DNA from: Camelus ferus
Taxonomy: Eukaryota
DNA: 64,000 nt
Direction: 5' to 3'
NCBI RefSeq assembly: GCF_009834535.1
Contig: NC_045696.1
Coordinates: 65,164,001 to 65,228,000 of the forward strand
The position numbers were made by a program, and so were the translations under genes. Below, in pieces: positions 36,189-50,567 of the stretch. The stretch's first letter is position 1, and the number at the start of each line of letters is the position of its first letter. Under the pieces are notes generated by a model that saw nothing but the letters and a program-made list of their open reading frames with translations, did no database searches and had not been told where the DNA came from.

Positions 36189-39100
36189 CCCAACTTCCCC
36201 TGTAAATAATCAGCCAAAATGCAAAGGCAACATACTGCCAAGTCATTTAATGTATTGCTTCTGGGAGGAGTTTGTACATTTTTAACTTGATAATTTGCTC
36301 TATTCTCAAAGATAAAATCTTTTCTGAACACTAACAACTAACATCACCAAACTTTTCTTGTAATTACCCCAGTGACTTCATCTATAGGAGTATTTCCTAG
36401 ACTCAGACACTTATTAGTAGGGATCTGCCAAGTCACTGAGTCCCCACGTTAGATTTTAATGAAGAACTAAGAGTTTACGTCAATTCAGATTGTAGAATTA
36501 TTTTATTGTTATTGTTACTATTGTTGTCGTCGTTGTTGTCTTTATGGTGGGGCAGATCCCAGAGATTCTGATGGAGCGTGAGAGGAGGACTGGACACTTT
36601 TAGTAGACGGAAGGTGTGAAGATAAAGATGACCTAGGGAACTTATCTAAAATGCAGTTTGGTTCTATTCTTCCATCTCAAGCCTTTCATCTCTGGCATTC
36701 TGATTCATTAGATCTGAGTGCAATCTCCAAAACTGAAATTTTAACAAGCATCCTATGTGATTCTGATGCAAATGAGATCATACTTTGATAGTGATTTCAT
36801 TACTCCAAAATACCTTTGCTCTTGAATCATTTAATATGAAAGTCAACATCTGAAAACATGTCTGTTTAGAGTTAGCAGAGGCTCCTTGTTTTGTAGACTG
36901 CGGCTATCCACATCAAACTCTTCACTCAGGAGTGTCCCTTCTGTTCTGAACATAAAAGGTATTTTGAATCATACATCTTGATCACTCAAGCTTGTTAAAT
37001 GCCTCCTTCACACTTTCTAGAACTGATGTAACTTTCATGTTAGCATTTGCCACAGCTTAAATTCCTCTGGAGGCTTTGTTATTATTTTTTAACTGAAAAA
37101 GGACAAAAAAGCAAATGCACTTCAACAAGGGCATATACATTCTGCCTACTTAAAATTCCTGGGGTGAGTGAAATGGTTTCTGAACATGGTATACATTTTT
37201 TTAGACTAAAGAACACTTAAAGATCAACATGCTATATTAATGCAAGTTCAAACCACTCGGATGAAATGTAATGCTGTAGAAAGAAAAACACACAATGATC
37301 AAACTGAATTCCTCGAACTAATTATAAAACTGTGTAACTAAACATACCTTCATATAGCTCTTTACAGGGCAATTAAAAATAATTATAAATAAAATGTTAT
37401 TAAAAATTGTCCTCTAGAGATTCCGATGTGAGTGAAAGGTTTGAGTAGAGAGAACAAAAGTTGAATTTTGGAGCTTAATGGAGCCTCTGAGAGCAGGAAT
37501 GAGGAGACCTGGATCCTAGCACCAGCTAAGCCTGTGACTCAGTAACTAAAGGCAAGTAATACCTCCTTTCTAGAGTTACTTTCTTCGCCAATTTGACTTC
37601 TTATGAATGAGATTGTTCAATTTGGTGGTTTCCAGCATGAAAACCACTTTCTGGAACCAGAGGTAGCTTCAATATTTGAAAAATACTTATCAAAAAAACC
37701 CAAAACAAAGTAATATATCACACACCTACACATGCACACACACAGAGTGTGTACTCAAAATAAGAATGAACGGGAATATAAAATGACATATTTTTCATCT
37801 TGATCAGAATTAAAGTTACTTAGTGGGACAATATTGAGCATGTTCTACAACAGAAAATTTGTTGATGACTTCTTGAAAATTTATGAATTAAGAAAGTAGG
37901 CTAGGTATTTTTACTAAGCGTCACAGGTCACAGAAGTCAAAATGAAAAACAAACACAAAAACATTTCTTTCTGGTGAAAACCTGGGAACCACTAATTTAG
38001 TTACAAGCCCTGTGTTTAAGTAATTTATGTATGTATCTATGTATTTATTTGTTTGTTTATACTTCTGTAAAAATAAACATAGTTTAATATCTCAGTTATA
38101 ATAACAGTATTATCATAAATGTGTATAAATTTTAACTTCAGTCATGAAGTTGATGGTGATAAATGTGTAGATTTTTGGAAAATGCCATAGGTAATTCTTA
38201 AATAGATTTTTTAAAAGACATGATGTTCTGTGAATCTAAAATTTGTATGCATATTGATCTGTACAGTTCATGGGGTAAGACTTCTGATTACTCCTGGTTA
38301 TACCTGCCCTCCCTCTCCAATATATATATATATATGTATAAAACAAAGGAAAGGCAATTGCATATTGTGTGAAAGATGTTATGTTTCTCCAATGACAAAA
38401 ATAAATGCAACAATGTTTTCCTATAAACTTCTCTCTTATATTTTCATTGGAAATTGAAATTTATTGGAAATATTATTCTCATCAACCAAATGTAAATTTC
38501 TCTACCTTTCAAAAGAGTCACTTATTCCAGAATAATAGAGGTTAAATTTCTTCCTTCTTAAAGAGGAGACAGATGAGAGAAAAACAAGTTTTAAGCACAA
38601 TGGTGAGATTATACACTAATGTATTAAATAGAAGTATTGCTATTAAATTTTTTTTAAAAAGTAGGTAAATGAATGTAGTTAGTATTCTAAATCCAAGTGA
38701 TGATAAAAAACAAACTATTCCTTCTATTCTTATTTTGAAGAAAAAAAAAATCATCTAGCACCCAAAAGCCTGTGGCAAGTTTATTTTACTTTATTGGGGA
38801 AGAAAAATGTTGCATCAAATCAAGGGAGGTTATCTATCTTCTTGGGCATCAGGCATAATACTACCAAATGAAATGTACCAGAATTATTTTCTGGCTATTT
38901 TAAAAATTTTAAGTAAATCTTTTTCATTGAAAATGAGTCCGTCAATTATTCTAAATACATTAGAAACACTATGAAAAAGCTTCTCACTATTTATAGACTC
39001 CCAAGTCTTAAACGAATTTAGAAGGTTATTAAATAACACTCATTCCAGTTCTCTGATAGTCATCTGTTTCTTGCTTGAATCCATCAGGGGATGAGAAACC

Positions 39101-39774
39101 CACTATGTTCTGAGGTAGCTTATTCTGTTGTTGGGCAGCAATGCTGTTTCTTATGCGCTGAAACACCCCTCCTTGTTATTTGCTCCTGGTAGTGTAATTC
39201 TGAATCTTAAGAACATACAAAAACAATGGATCCTCCTTCTCCTGAAGACTATCCTTTTGACAGATAAACAAAAAATTATTAGCTCCTTCTCATATGCATG
39301 TTTGTTTAGTTTTGACTGAAGTCGTCTGCCTTCCTCTTGAAGATGCTTAAGGCTCTATCTATGCTTGTAAAGTAGCATTTAAAAATGAGAATTAAACTTA
39401 TCCCCAGACATATGCGTTTTAAAAGGGTTTTGCCTTACTTGGAAACAAACTAAAAAGTCAAGTCAATAAACCAACACAGGAAAGAAGACCCTATCTTTCC
39501 TGCTTCCCCTTGCTTCTGTTTGGCCTCTACCTGGACAGGAACTTTAGATTTTCTTACTCTTTACGCCTCTAACCAGACAATATGTGAGTCTGCTGTCCAC
39601 ATATAACCCTCAATCAGATCTGGTGAGTGATTTCTGGCTTAACGGCACTCAAGTTCATACAAGCAAATGCCACACCAACAACAAGAACACCTTCAAGATG
39701 CTTCGAAACTATGATTTTGTTAAACCTTCTGTTTGAGTATTTTCTAGGGTGTAAAAATACCACAGAAAGTTTTT

Positions 39775-40530
39775 TTAAACTTTTTATTTTGAGATAATTT
39801 TAGTTGCACATGCAGTTGTAAGAAATAATACAGAATGATCCTACATATTCTTCACCCAATTTCCCCCAATGGTAATGCTTTGAATTACTAGGTTACGGTA
39901 TCACAACCAGAAAATCGGCATTGATGCAATCCATTCATCTTATTCATATATCACCAATTTTCCATGCACTCATTTCTGTGTTTATATTTGTTACCACAGT
40001 CAAGATAGAAAACAGTTCCATCACAGGGATCTTCCGCACTACTTTTTTATAGCTATACCAACTCCCTTCTTTCTTCATCCCTGGATATAGCTACTACTAA
40101 TCTGTTCTATTTTCTCATTACAAGAATGCTATATGAATGGAACCATATAACCAAAAAAAATCTCAAAAGTATGTAATCTTTTGAGATTAGTGTTTCCATT
40201 CAGCATAAAGATCCACCCAAGTTATTTACATAACAATAATTTATTCCTTTTTAATTGCTGAGTGGTATTCCATAGTATGGCTGTACCATGTTTTGTTTAA
40301 ACATTTATCCGCTGAAGGATATGTGGGTTTTTTATTTTTTTACTATTATGAATAAATTATGAATAAAGCTGTTATGTGTATTTTTGTACAGGTTTTTATG
40401 TGAACATGAATTTTCATTCCTTTAGGATTGACCAAGACTTCAGTTGCTGGGTTATATAAGTACAAGTTTAGTTTTCTTAAGAAACCACTAAACTATTTTC
40501 CAGGGTTTCTTATCAGCAATGTATACGTGA
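39775..40530 (-). mobile_element. L1MB/L1MC-type 3' end
   Basis: tttattttgagataattttag...gcagttgtaagaaataatacag...ccttttaattgctgagtggtattccatagtatgg. Confidence 0.85.
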
Positions 40531-40675
40531 CCCTCTATGCAAAACTGTTTCCATTTCCAAGGAACCCAATACACGGGCATTTAACTGTTAGCTTTTATTA
40601 TTATTGCCTGTTGTTCCAACAGTCTCACAACTGGAATTACACTACACTTTTAGGATTTTTTCCTCATTTCCTCCC

Positions 40676-41280
40676 TGTAGTGGACAGTTTGTTGTGCTGC
40701 CCAAATTCCTGCTTCAGAACTAAGGCTTTCATTCCTCTAGCTGCTGAAAATGTTGCCTGCTAAAAGGTCACAGGTATAAGCCTCTTTAAGAATTACTCTG
40801 GATGGAGTAGAGTAGACTCACCCAAGATTATACCCCAGCCTTCAAGGGAGATCATGTCCAAAACTGGTTGATATGGAGGGACAAAGATCTAGCCCTTCAG
40901 TCTCAGTTTGCGCATTTCTGAAGGGCCAATCCAGCCTCAGACCTCCTGATGTGAGTTGTTGAGGCCCCTGTTGTGACTGCATCACAGTTCAACTCCTCCC
41001 TCTGGCCAGTCTTGCTTTCTTACTTCTGGAAGTCGATCTTTAGTGTATACCCCTACAGATATACACATGTATAAATGTCTCTTTTTCTAAGGAACACAAC
41101 GCAAGGCAGTTAGCACCCAGTGCGGTACAAGGAGGTAGACACTCAAGTGGAATTTGGGAGTTGCTTCACCCACCTAGTGGTAGGCATAGCCTTGGCATGC
41201 TGCAGCAGTGCAGTTGTAGGAAGTTTACTGATGGAGAACTGGGGAAGTGTGCCAGTGGATGAGAATGCTGTCCTGGTGAT
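40676..41280 (+). mobile_element. LTR16-family ERVL LTR (40676-41108) plus start of internal region
   Basis: TG start tgtagtggac; gactgcatcacagttcaactcctccctctggccagtc; followed by PBS-like gttagcacccag. Confidence 0.7.
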
Positions 41281-41284
41281 GCCT

Positions 41285-41508
41285 TTGGGCTTGATAAACT
41301 TTTTCTGCAAAGGGTCAGATAGTAAACATGTTAAATGTTGCAGGTAAGCTTTTATCACAACTACTCAACTTGGCCATTGTAGCATGGAACTAGCCATAGA
41401 TTATCCATAAATGATTGAGCATGGCTGTGTAAAAATGAAACTTTGCTTACAAAAAACAGGCAGCAGGCTGGATTTGGCTTATGGTCTGTTGTTTGTCCAT
41501 GCCTTTTG
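41285..41508. mobile_element. MER58A (hAT-Charlie)
   Basis: aaactttttctgcaaagggtcagatagtaaa...caactactcaacttggccattgtagc...aaaaacaggcagcaggctggatttggc. Confidence 0.85.
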
Positions 41509-43917
41509 TTGAGGGAAAAATGGAACATCCCATAAAAATCAAAGGGGAAATTAATGTATTGTGCAACTGCTATCATGAGGAAGGAGGTACCATCTTTTAT
41601 AGCTCTCTTTGGGTTCTAGAGATAGTATATTTCATTCTTGGGACCACTGCTCTGCTTATTGACCTGATGACATGGAAGGTGGTCAGTTCTGAGTGGGTCT
41701 GGATTAAGAAAGGGTCCTTCAGCAGGTCCAGGCTACAGTTTAAGCTCCCTCAGGAAGCAGCACAAGAAACACTATAGTGAAAATAAAAAGATGCAGTATG
41801 GGATTCAGAACAAGCTCCAATAAAAGAATCAAAACTAATGCAGCCAGTTAGCGGTAGAGCTCTTTGAATCTAAGTTTGCCAGACACTTAATTTTTCTTAT
41901 AGCCCTTAAAACACCTAGAATGGTATTGCATAGCACAGGAACCAAATAAAAAGATGTTCAAGTGTGCCAGTAGTTACGTGGCCTGATTAGTCAGGAAGTA
42001 TTTGTTCAGAATTCAAACTGCTCTATGCCTGAACACGCATTGCCAATAAATAACTTCTTGTTTCATACATTTAAAGAACTATAGTCAGATCATTTTTTAT
42101 GCACACCAAATTTTGAAATACTCAACTTTAGGTTTAAGAAGCTTCCAGATTATGGGAAGAAGTTCCATCAGGAGTCATGGTTGATTGGACATTTGACAAC
42201 GGTACTAAGTAAGTAAACTCAGAGTCTGTCTGCAGTTGTATGGACATGTAACATTATACTCCTTTCCACAAGGGAAGAACTGATTCGTTTTTTTCCCTTC
42301 CCAACTAACAGAAGTGCTTTTCCATGTTTTAGTCTGATTTGCAAAAGAGCAGTCTTAAGGCTTTGATACCAAGTCAAATCAAGTTTGTGAAAAAATGCTG
42401 ATTCACATCTGTGGAATGTTAAACGCTCCAGGATGAGAAGCAAGGCTGGGCAGCCAAGAGACTTATCAAGTTATCTGTGCTAGCCTCAAGCCAGGAATCT
42501 AGAGAGACACAGAGTCCAGTGGTGGGGCAGATTGCTGCTCCTGTTCCTGCTAGGATAGCAGAAGGATCTTAGCAGCTATTGAGCTGGAATTTGTGGCAGA
42601 AGGAAGTCACAGGGTAGGGGAAGTCAGCTGAAGGAGGGAAAGATGCAGACTAACAGTGCACACAGAACAACACGGCTACCTCTTACTAAGCCAGATATGC
42701 CTGTGGGCAGCAGATGACAGTCTAGTTTGCACCTAGAGTTTGTATAACACGTGAGCTCTAACCTTTAGCCTTGGATTCCTGAGTGGAAACGGATGAGATA
42801 GTGGACATCTGTTGAGAGGTTATTGTGTGCTAGGCACGGAGCTATTTTACTTACTTCTCACAAGACCTCTGTATCAGTAATCTTATTACTTGCATTTAAT
42901 AGATGAGAAAATTGAGGTTTAAAAATGGTAAGAAACTTCAGATTCCAAGCTGTGTTATTCCAAAGCCCATAAACATAACCATCAGGCTTTATGGGCTGAT
43001 TAAGGAAATGTAATATAGCGGGAACAGTTTTCTCCTTTGCAGGCCAGTGGAAGGGTTCAGTTTATTCAACCCATATCTTGGCTACTAACAAGGAGGTAAA
43101 TTACAGGTCATAAGTATATGACAATAGATCCCAGATTTCCTTTCATAGCCCAGATTTTCATTACTGTTCCCTTTGATTATAACAATATTTGCCAATGTCC
43201 TGAATAGTTGATATTGGACTAAAAACTTTACTGTCTAGATTTTCTCTTGCTGTGGGAAATGACACAAAATTAGAAATTTTCTCATGTACCTACAGGGCCA
43301 ACGCATTCTCTGAAGATGCTGGAAACTTTATGGGACTGATTGATTAGTCCTGATTTCCTGTGGGCTGTGTAATTGTTAATCCAATGTGGACCAATGTGGT
43401 CACTAGTTATTGGGTCACAAAGTTTCTGCACATTTGAGGACAAATGATTTGCTGGATGATACAGAACTAAGATCTGATTTCTAATATGAAGGAGAGTAGA
43501 CTTAATATAAAAGAAGTATGTATGAATTAATCATGTATTTGTGATATCTTCTATTATATATATATGGATTGCATCTGAGGATGATTTGGGCAAGGAGGGT
43601 TGAAATGAGGTCAGAGAAGCCTCACAAGGGAGAAAACATGTCTTGAGGAACAATATTAGTTTTCCAGATTGAGAAATGAAAGGTGGTAACTGCAAGTACC
43701 ATCAGTACAACTGGTATTGGCTGGTTAAACATTCTGTAATTAAAGAAGTAGGGTAGTTGGAAGTAAGCCTGGAAAGATAGGGAACAAATAATAAAGAGCT
43801 TTATAATCTATAGGGATAAAATTATATCACACCAAAGCGTCATCAGATGTTTACAATAAGAGTTGAGGAAAAAATCGTGGATATGGTTTCATACATTTCT
43901 TTGGGTTAGTTTTCTTT

Positions 43918-43957
43918 ATGGGATTTATTTTTTCTTCATGGGATTTATTTTTTCTTC
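43918..43957. repeat. Perfect tandem duplication of a 20-mer
   Basis: atgggatttattttttcttc twice. Confidence 0.95.
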
Positions 43958-44365
43958 AAATCCCAGTGGACTGTTGCCTTATTTAATTTTTAAGTTCGTA
44001 TTTTTAAACTATGGTATAAGTTAACAGTAAGAAAAAAATGTCTGTGCTTTGAGACGTTTTTGAGCAGAAGGAACTACAAAAAGGTTACGAACTGTCTTTC
44101 CCTTGAGAAATTTGAAACTAAAAGAATCTTCTCCTCTGTCAGAAATGCTTTAGAGAAAGCCGACTAGAGATAGGTTAATGAACACTGTTAGTGAATGACC
44201 TTACCGGGTCCTCCAACCAAACATTTCAGTGATTCTGTGATTTTTAGAGAGTTGCAAACAAGCTTTGCGACTTCATAATAAAATTGGCAAAGCAGCTTAC
44301 AGTTAGCAAGGATTAGTGGGGCTCTGTGAGCTCACGGATTAGCCTTCATTTTTTTTAATCCCCAT

Positions 44366-44706
44366 TTTTTTTTTAATTGAAGTATAGTGGATTTATAATG
44401 TTGTGTTAATTTCTTCGGTACAGCATAGTGATTCATTTATACATATACATATTTCATTTGATATTCTTTTTCATTATAGGTCATTACAAGGTATTGAATA
44501 TAGCTCCCTGTGCTATATAGTAGGACCTTGTTGTTTATCTATTTTATATATAGTAGTATCTGCAAATCCCAAACTCCCAACCTATCCCTTTCCACCCACT
44601 TTCCCCTATGGTAACCCTAAGTTTGTTTTCTGTGTCTGTGAGTCTCCCTGTTTTATGAATAACTTCATTTGTGGCCTTTTTTTTTAGATTCCACATATAA
44701 GTGATA
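44366..44706 (-). mobile_element. Cetartiodactyl L1 3' UTR with poly(A)
   Basis: T-tract followed by aattgaagtatagtggatttataatgttgtg...ccctgtgctatatagtaggaccttgttg...agattccacatataagtgata. Confidence 0.92.
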
Positions 44707-47399
44707 GGCATCAGAGACTTTATGTTTTAACGTGCCTGCCCTCACAGACAGAAATGACTCTGCTCCTTAATCTTTAATAGGCTCTGCGCTGTCAATTATT
44801 TTTCCAGTCCTGGAAATACTGAAAGCTTTATTCCTCAACCAGGCCTGTTGTGGTCAAGGTCATAGGTAGTGTTACTAGCTGGCAAATATAGAATAAAGTG
44901 CAGTTAATTGACCTTGTGAGACATGATTAGGAGTACGTTCATAAAGGCACAGAATCTCTGAATGGGAAATCACCTTAGGGTCACTTAATTAAATCTCCAG
45001 CTGGATTCAGGAATCCGCTCAGGGTCTCATCTGACCATATCTTAGGGAACATGAGATAAAATGGAAGATCTTCATAGAGAATTCCTTAGGACAATCTTTG
45101 TGTTTGCTCAAATACACAGCAATGTTATGTCAGGTCACCCATCAGAACCCAGAGCTTAGATACTCCCCCAAAAGGAAAATAACAGACAAAAGGGAGAAAT
45201 TCTAAGAAGAAGAAAGATAGCTATTAAGAAAAAGAGGATGCATATTCAGTTACTAACCCTCAAGGACACTAATATCAAAGAGTGCCCTACATTTAGCAGA
45301 GGTGCAGGTATTCAAGAGATTAAAGATTCCAGAATCACTCAGATTTGTCCACGAATGCCCTTGTGGAAGTTCAATATAGGAGGAGCACTAATCCCTAGTT
45401 TGGGTCTCCCACTCCCTTCCAAGACCCAGGAGGGAAGAGGAGCCCTGCCATCTACACCTTTGAGAGGTTAGCATGTCTGTAAAGCAAGAGTTTTCATTCA
45501 TGTGTACCCTGGAGCCACAAACCCCTTCTTCACATCTTATTACTAAAATGTATCATGAAACTGGGGGTCAGAATAGCAACCACTTGTAGAATACTCTTGA
45601 GTGAGTGTGAGAGGCTGTTAATTCCCAAGAAAGTGTTGTTTTGTAATTAACCATAATAGAAATGTACTTGGTGATAGCGATCTCGTCCCATCCTTGTTAA
45701 AAATGGCTCGAGATCTTCCCACGAAAGTCTACGAATATGTATGAAATTTGCTGATAATGATTCCTTATAGATTCAGTTCTTTCCTTGTTCATTTTCTTCT
45801 TCCTTCCAAAGAAGCTATGGGAGCCTAGATGCCAAGAACCATTTATTTGTACTTCCTTTGATATCAGCCAATGAAAATTATATAAATTCTGATTGGATGC
45901 TACTGTGATATAGACTTTTATTTCCCACTATTGAATGATAACAAATCACATTACTAGGTTTATATAGCACTAAAATTTAAACACATAAAAATTTTTGAAG
46001 GCTTACAGCACCCCCATCCTCCAGCCTTTATCATCCAGACTGGAATTCATGTTTAGCCCATTCATAAACAGATGCCTGCACATATTTCACATTCAGGATT
46101 TTGGAAGGATCTTGGTTTTCTTACAGGTCTGAGAGAATGGTGGCTCATACAACTAAAATATGTCTTCAGACTTGCAGCAATCCATATATTTTTAAAAATT
46201 GTCTATTTTTCTTTTATTTTCTCAGATCGGGACAATATTCATCTATTACACTTCCATTTTGCTTTTACTTGTGTTGTTTGGATGGTTGAAATGCCTCCCT
46301 TGTCCCATATTCTGCCACTAAATGACCAGAATATCATCACCTAATTTTCATATTAAAATGTTTAAATAATCTGCCCATTGTGGAATAAACTGCAATGGTG
46401 GCATGATGATGGTATTCATGAGACTTTCTGTGCTGTGTATAAGATTCTTCTAGCGCTGATAAGGGGAGTTGCAAAGTCTTCCTATACTGCTCATAATGAA
46501 TAAATGCCAGCTGAGGTAAAAAGAAGAAAATTGGGTTAATCTGACAGAAAGGGCATAGATCCTTGAGGAGAAAGACCAGAAATGTGGCTGGAATTCAAGG
46601 ATGTCTCTAGATTCCTTGCTTTCTTCCCAGCTGACTCAGATGGAAAGTCTGTGAGCCCTAGAAGTTTTTCTAAATCTTACATTGCTAGGGCTTGAATTTA
46701 AGAAATTCTAAAAACAATGATAAAAATGAGAATTGGGAAACTATGGAATTTAACTTTGAAACTCTTCGGTGAGATGGTCATAAGCTTCTTTATCAAACGA
46801 TTCATCTCCACCTTTGAAGTAAAAAATTTGCACCAGTAGTCTGAGACAGTTTTATGGTAGAATTTTCCTGATAAAGTTACATTTTTCCCCAAATAACCTT
46901 TTCTATGACATTATTTGGATATAAATTATTTTGACCTCTACAGAAACACTGCAGGCTGCAGAGTAGTGTTTGGGGGATCTGTATGGAAGAACGTGTCAAG
47001 GTAATTGTAGAGGGAAGAAGCACCACTGCCAAGCTGATTCATTAATTTCCAGACAGATTCATGGTTTGTGAATCAATAGCTGAGAACTCAGGACCTCTTG
47101 GCTAGGAATGGGAGTGGTTGCAATAGGTCCAGTGACAAGCATCTGTTATGTCTGTCAGGGAGCAGTATGGTTCAGTGTTCAGTGTTTTCATCCTTCATAT
47201 ATTCCTAGATTTGAAGGAAGATGCTATTTAAATTTGAGCTAGCGGAGTTTTTAACAGTTATCATGACCTTATCACTTCCTATCAATATGCTGCTATCATT
47301 GTACCAGACTGGTATAAATGTTCTAATAGTTAATTTATGTTGTACTCATATAACTACTTTCTTAACTAAATCAGTTATATATTCATTATAATTAGTGAT

Positions 47400-47725
47400 A
47401 TATCAGCTGGATTGTTTGATTGTAAGAAACAGAAACCTAACAGATAACTTATCAGTAATATGGTGGGCAGCCATTAAGGAGTCAAAGGAAAAACTGAACA
47501 ATCAATACTCAAAAAGAAAAATAAAACAGAGTAGAGTCTTAGAATAACTAAGTGATTCAGCTTCATCAGGTGACCCTCTCCCCCTTACGAAGGGGTACAT
47601 TTGTTGACCTTGCCTCCAAGATCACGTGCAGTGTGGTAGAGGTAACTCCCTAAGTGAAAATCAAGGTGCCTTTATCAAAAGAAAGAGGAAAAGACGCTGG
47701 CAGTCAAAAACAAATGCCTGCCACC
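47400..47725 (-). mobile_element. Old MLT1 (K/L-like) LTR
   Basis: gattgtaagaaacagaaacc...gaaaatcaaggtgcctttatcaaaagaaagaggaaaagacgctggcagtcaaaaac. Confidence 0.55.
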
Positions 47726-50197
47726 TAAACCTATAACCGAAATTCTTAATTACCTTCAGTGAGGAGGGTTGGCATTAATCACAGTAGAACATTCACTCAT
47801 TCATTCATTCAAGAACATGTGAATGACAATTTTTGCCAGATTTTGTGCTAGGCTTTGAAGTGTGAAAAAGAGAGATGTAGTCCCAGTTCTCACAGGATAC
47901 ACATATTTCCTTCAGAGATATAGTTTCTCTTTACTAGATACTGTGACTGGCTAGCATCCAATAAGATTTTATTAGCTGGAATCATCAAAAATGTTTCAGA
48001 TAGCACTTTTATTGTCAATTAATTATAATTGGTAGGTAGCAGGATACCTCTAGAGGTTCTGGGAATAGGATTAATTTAAATAAAAATATCTTGCAGGAAA
48101 ACTAATCTGACAGTAGTCTGAAGAACAAATTTGGGTAAAGTAGAGAGTGACAGAGAGAAGGCTGGGAGGCCAATTAATTACCAGAGACTTATCAACTGCT
48201 TTCCTTCTAATAGAATCCAGAAAAAATATCAAAATAAAAATAATAAAATATTAACATTTCTTTATTGAGAGCTTAAGTGATTTATGTGCATAAATTTACT
48301 CTTTCCCCAATTTTTTCTTTACAACTCTGCTAGACACATACAGATAAGGTAATTGAGATACAGAAACTGTTGTCTTAAGTTGCTTATCTAATAAGTGGAG
48401 GAGGTAGGATCAATACAGGTTAACCTACCAGCACTTTGATCCTTTACCTTTCTTTAACTATATAATTATTGATAAGTGGATAGGATTAAAAGAATATATG
48501 ATGCAGAAAGACCTTAGTCAATAAACTTCACATTTTTGACTGGGACTAACTATGGAAGATCATAGATTGCTTGTCTCAATTAAAGCTGGATCTCAATAGG
48601 AAATAAACTTCTTCTAGAACCTTTGTAATACAAATATTAACAAGCATTTCATCAACCAGTTTTTTAAATAAATTTATGTGAATTAACTTTATTTTTAACA
48701 GTGGGTAACAATTACCTATGATTGGGAATCACATAAAAAAGCTCAGATCTTCTATTACATCTCCTGACTTATTCTCTAGAGAAATATGTGCCTGTGAAGT
48801 TTGAGTTTTATTTCTTACCATATCTTGTTTTGTTTGTTTTCATGTATAAGAGACAGGATTCTCCGTGCTGGTTATTTTTGCATTTAAATGCTTCATTTGA
48901 AAAAGTTTGATCTGTTTTCCTTATTTGTAAGGTTATTGTAAAGTCTATTTATCACCTTTCCTATTTCCATTTCCCATTTCCGTGCAAGTCACACTCACTT
49001 TTAAATGTGGCAGACAAGCATCTATTAAGCCACATCTCCACCTTTGTAAAAACCAAACACTTGTGGTTCCCTGAATGAAACAGAGCTTTATTTGAGACTG
49101 ATTGCCTACTGTGGCATATAAGAATGAAAAATAGAATGAATGCATGGAATGTATTTATAAAATAGTGTTTTTATACATCCATAAATGAATATTATAAATA
49201 AAATGACTCCTTATCAACTCACAATGCAATAACGTGAAGGGAATATTCTAGTGATCCTGTCTTCCTAGTTTCCCCTCAACACCAGTGATAGAATAAGGAA
49301 TTATGGACTCCGCACAAGACACAAAACAAATGAACAACTCCACAACCTTGACTGATACCATCAATCTTTCTCAAAAATACAAACACTATTTGACTACTTC
49401 CATAATTTGTTTTCTCTACAGAAATATAATAAAGAGAGCCAATTAATTTTCCCTAACCCATTTCAAAGTGAGGAAAGTCCTCCAACAGTGTTGAGTTTTT
49501 CTTTTTCAGTTTTTGTCAATTTATGAGTGTTAGAATTTATCTTACAGAGAGGCCATACGCAAAAGGAAAATCCATTATCTTTCAGTAGAGATGAGAAAAG
49601 ACTTTATGGAGAAGGGACGTTTAATAGACTAAAAGGATGACTCATTATAAAGTAGGTGGAGCTATGGATGGGATAAGAAAATAAAATGATCTTATCTGTT
49701 GCTAATTTGATTTATGATATTAAGTTCAGTGGTTGCACCTTTACAGTTCTATCAGACTTAGCTTGGAATGTATTTGTAAGTAACCATAGTAAGAATTACA
49801 CATGCCACTGTTTCACCGAAGTCTCACATTGAAATCCCACAGAATGATTCTGACCCACAGAAACCAAATATTAGCAAGGAATAGACATGTTTCTGTAAAT
49901 TAATGGAGTCTAAACCAAGAACCTCAAGCCACTATATTGACAGAAACTCAGTCATTCTAACTACTTTTCTTATCTAAATAGAAGGAAATTCATGGAACTA
50001 ATATTTAAGGATTTAGACTATGTAAAACAAGTCAAAAGTGGAAGATAAATGGCCTATGTCAAAGCCAGGAAAGAGACCTGAGTCCTCCAATGCACATTTT
50101 TTTTTCCTGCAATTGAAACTTCTTTCATTTTCCATTTTCAGGCTACTCTCCCAGCTAAAAACACACATATATATTTTTTTCAATGAAAGATTCTGGA

Positions 50198-50567
50198 TTT
50201 TATTTTATTTTTTATTTTTTTGTACGAGAACAGATTTTTTAAAACATTTTTTATTGAGTTATAGTCATTTTACAATGTCGCATCAAATTCCAGTGCAGAG
50301 CACAATTTTCAAGTTATACATGAACGTACATATATTCATTGTCACATTCTTTTTCACTGTGAGCTACCACAAGATCTTGTATATATTTCCCTGTGCCATA
50401 CAGTATAATTTTGTTTATCTATTCTGCATTTGCCTGTCAGTATCTACAAATTTTGAACTCCCAGTCTGTCCCTTCCCACCTCCCTCCCCCTTGGCAACCA
50501 CAAGTTTGTATTCTATGTCTATGAGTCTGTTTCTGTTTTGTATTTATGTTCTTTTTTTTTTTTTTTT
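50198..50567 (-). mobile_element. Young (camelid-type) L1 3' UTR
   Basis: tttattgagttatagtcattttacaatg...tttccctgtgccatacagtata...cccccttggcaaccacaagtttgtattctatgtctatgagtctgtttctgttttg. Confidence 0.88.

Noticed and set aside
46750..46850. Protein-looking minus-strand frame (LLVQIFYFKGGDESFDKEAYDHLTEEFQS)
   Set aside because: It is short, has weak splice signals and matches no family I recognise. tBLASTn would be needed to revive it.
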